A DNA stretch of 62,204 nt, counting the filler, from Basidioascus undulatus (Eukaryota), in assembly GCA_000826855.1 (NCBI GenBank). It is 7 parts of 7 records of this genome, joined end to end, with 100 filler letters (N's around TTAATTAATTAA, not from the genome) between each part and the next. Parts side by side here need not be neighbours in the genome. Positions count along the whole stretch, not along the records: positions 53,416 to 62,204 come from JTLS01001337.1; 6 more parts are not named here. One strand, written 5' to 3'. The translations under genes and the position numbers were made by a program. A model generated the notes under the pieces. The model was not told the DNA's origin and searched no databases. It saw only the letters and a list, made by a program, of their open reading frames with translations. Shown here one piece after another: positions 58,850 through 62,204 of this stretch. Position 1 is the first letter of the stretch. Every line of letters starts with the position of its first letter.

Positions 58850-59760
58850 AAGGATCACCTTGATGTGCCTATGCCGAAGTGAGGACAGAACCGCCGCCGG
58901 TGTTCCAAGCGGGCAGTGGATGTCGAGAACAACCAGGTTTTGGCAGTACAATATAGACTGAGGACTCAGTTCACGGAAAGAATGGTGGACAGGCGTTAGC
59001 AATTCGAGCGAAGGGCTTTCCAGGATCTTGTCGAGAGGGCTATCATTGGTCTGCTGAAGCAAGTGGAGATAAGTGATTGTGGGAAGTAGAGCTGACTGCA
59101 AAACAATCGAAGCCGGCAAAGAGGCCCCGACATGAGCCATCCATACAAGAGAAGATAGACATGGAAGGCTGAGGGGCACTGTGGCCTCCTCAAGACATGC
59201 GCAGCTGGTGCTTCAGCGTCTCGAGCTTTTCGAATTGGTTGAGAAGGGGTATAACATAGGTGAAGGGTTCGAAAAAGTACGCTTCTTCATGACGGCAAGT
59301 GAGCTTCGCGAACGCAGCATCGCCCCTACGAGAGAGGCACTCATCGGCGTAAGCGTGGGGACGTCGGTGGTAGACGCCGCCATTGAACCGTTGATTTCGG
59401 TAAGACACAAAAAGCGACTCAGGGTAGTAGACAGCGTGTCCTCCCAGCCGAGAGTGGACATCGAGAGTAACACCGAGCGAATGAGAGTCTCGAGCGCTTT
59501 TCCATCCCGGGTGCGGGCGCAGTCAGCGTCTCGAGGAGCTGGCGACAGGTGCGGTCCGAGTCCGTAGAGACGGTCTGATAGAGAAGTGGAAAACCGATCG
59601 ACTGAAGTATAAGTCGTAGCAGCCCTATCTTTGAGTGAGCGTATGTATGGGCACTATGCCTACCTCCCACAACTTGCAGACGAGTGTTATTGCAGCTTCT
59701 CCGCCGCGGGAGCACCCTCGGTGGCGAGCTCGAGAATGTGTAGCAGCAGTTGCTAGGCAT
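58850..59760 (-). pseudogene. F-box protein pseudogene
   Basis: Restoring two 1-nt deletions gives MPSELLLHILELA..ITLVCKLWE|..PLLYQTVS..RQLLETL; further frameshifts lie in the Leu-rich downstream part. Confidence 0.6.
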
Positions 59761-62204
59761 ATTCGCCCTGCTATGAAGTCAAGGGGGTTGGGAGGTTGTG
59801 TGTAGATGGTGTAGACAGTGTGCGAAGGTGGAAAGACAACTGGTGACCGCGCTCCACGGGTTTTGCGGGGTCGTCAGCCTCAGATTAGGCACGACAGCGG
59901 ACCTTCGACGGAAAGTCCAAGGATTCCTTCATTCCTAAATCTAGAATCTGGACCGTCCATATGCATGGTAATATTCCACTGTAGGCCAGTCGGGTCCGCA
60001 AGCAGCTGTTCATGAGTTCAAAGGTCGTTGATCAACTTACCTGTCATTGTGGTTCTTGGCTCCTCTGAGATATGGTCGCATTGGAAGGTGCGCAGACTCC
60101 CTATAGGCCATGAAGTGGGTTGGCGTTTCGCACTGGCTGTGGTTACGAGCCGGCGTTGTTCCCCAATGGGATACCAAAGCCAAAGCCCTCTTGCTTTGCT
60201 TGGGATGGTCTCGCCTTGTACACCAAAGCATTGGGAACGACCTCACATGTGCTACTGTTTGAGGTTAGTATCTGTAGACGGGACCATGACAACCTCGAGG
60301 AAGCTACCAACCCGCCTGCGTTACACGTATGGTTACGAACAACCAACGGACTGTCCGATGAGCCCAAGGAGCCGAATTCAACTATGAAAAACTAATGGGG
60401 GTATTTGGATCCCACCCTCTCATAACTGTTGGCAGAATGTTGCAGCTGAAACTGACGTGCGTCCACGGGCCTTGAAACCTTCGTTCAGCACCTGCCGCAC
60501 TTCGGACCTGCAAAACCACTTTATAGTCCTGATCATGATTTAAAAAAAAAAACTACATCAGATATCTCCAAGATTTACATGGGTTGTCCGCAAAATCATT
60601 TGAAGCGCATGGAAAGCCGGTTCCTCCCCCCAGCCGTGTGCAAACATCAATTCGACCTCCCTTCCCGTCGGCGCAAGCTGCGCTGTCCACGCTGATCACC
60701 TACCACCAAGCCATTCAGACAACGCGTTGTTTATCCCCCAGTCTTTGCTGCTTGTTCAATTTAGGCGTATCCGCCCAGTCACTTCCAAAGCTCGCAGGCG
60801 CGCCCAGGCGCGCACTCCCCCTTTGCCAGGGGCAACAGCACATAGCCCCCTTCTTCACCCCTTCATTACCCTGGTGCGAATAGTGAAGCGGGTAACGCTC
60901 GCTCTCTATTCGCAGGGTCGATTCCTCGCCATGGCTCGCAACTCTCGCCGCACCGGGTCATCCTCCGATACACCACCCCTTCGCTGGGGCTTCCGCAACC
61001 ACCAGGCCTGTATTGGGTCGGTCCTTCCACGATGGGAGCAAACTTTCACTTTTGTAACAAAAAACTGCACTGTTTCGTCCAAGGAGAGGAGATGGGGTCG
61101 GTGTCGGTGCTTTACGCCGTGTGGGATATGGGCACTGATTCCGCACCTCCAGCTTCCAGCCTGCCGTTCAATGCTTGCTCCGCGTCCACCGCCATTCACA
61201 CCTCAGACAGTCATAGTGGGTCACAGGTGTGCGGCGGTAATTCCAACAGAACACCCCGTATGTAGGCTGTTGACCTGTAGGGCGGCACCCTGTGAATAGC
61301 ATTTATTTCACGCAGTCCTCTCAAGACTGTAGCTTCTTGCTGTTTTTGCCACGTTCATTTTCCCCATCCCTCGCTTATTTCCCTAAATGAAGTGGTAATT
61401 CATATCTACATGAAACGAGCGTAAGAAATTCCTTTCATTCTATGCGGGACCTGGCCTGTCCGACATGCAGTTGCGCATCATCTTTCTCACGGCCCAGCTC
61501 AACTGTTTGAGCAAGCGGCGGAAATCGCAAGCCCCACTCCCGCATCCCCCTCCGATCATCCTCCAGATTTGTGTTGGGTTCGAACGGGCCATCAGAGGCA
61601 GCCCGCAGGCTGAAACGTAAGGACGGATGATCTAGCTCTGCCTAGGACCTTCGCTTATACGCAGATCCCTATCCTACGCATGACGTGAGCGCCAGCGAGC
61701 GATACTTTCCGCTCCCCAAGCCGAGTGCGCTCGCGACCTTCCACCAGAGCCCGCTCGAAGCTCATAGCCCACTTATCCTTAATACTTACTCGCCACCGTG
61801 TCCCGCATTCCTCCAAATCGTGCCCAACCAGTCCTCTCTCACTCCCATACTCTCTTCCCCTCGATCTCAGCCATTCATCTCATCCTCATCCAAACCATAC
61901 ATCACATCGCCCGTCCCTTCCCCTTCTCCCTCCTCCCGTCCACCTCTACCTCCCCGTCGGCCTTGGCAGTCTTCCACTTCCCTGCGCACTCTTGGGCCAT
62001 CACTTGGACCTGGTCCGCCGGCCGCGTTTTGTTCCAACTAGTCAGCTCGGCCACTTTGCGCCCGTGGGGTTTCTAAAAAGCGCCGGATTGGAGAGGCGAG
62101 GAAGAAAGGTGGAAGGAGGACAAGGATAGAGAACGGTGGACGGTAAAAGGGGGAAATTATCTCAGAAGACCGTGAGCGCTTCGAACATGATCGTGACAAA
62201 AAGA

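Noticed and set aside
59800..62204. Short ORFs in long lower-GC stretches (also 18400-20000, 23000-25050, 27100-28650, 41480-42000)
   Set aside because: No recognisable domains, transposase motifs or terminal repeats; they may be degraded elements but I cannot support a call.

Overview
This is eukaryotic DNA from an intron-dense, GC-rich fungus, most likely a basidiomycete. It is not one locus. Six identical 100-nt spacers (44 N + TTAATTAATTAA + 44 N, giving stops in all six frames) join seven unrelated contigs of about 8.8 kb each, so gene adjacency across spacers is artificial and many genes are cut at contig ends. Most listed ORFs are exon fragments or shadow frames; I rebuilt genes by hand from GT/GC-AG junctions. 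Intact or edge-truncated genes: a partial intron-containing tRNA-Ala(CGC), UFD2, an erythromycin-esterase-family gene, RPS2, BRE1, a LENG1/CIR_N-like gene, an STL1-like MFS sugar porter, an ABCC/MRP transporter, an F-box gene, IES6, ALG10, a divergent Rai1/DXO-like protein, RPL38, site-2 protease, DOM34/pelota and a CBM12-DM9 protein. Accessory genes are decaying: SDR, cupin, Zn2Cys6 transcription factor and F-box pseudogenes, plus an orphan AT-rich intronless half of proline dehydrogenase. I found no convincing new multi-gene system. The best leads are the apparently catalytically degenerate DXO-like protein, the foreign-looking PRODH island next to an intron-bearing bacterial-type esterase, the pseudogene load, and unusual splicing (a split start codon and a predicted 1-nt exon). 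Family assignments rest on motifs recognised by eye, not on database searches.
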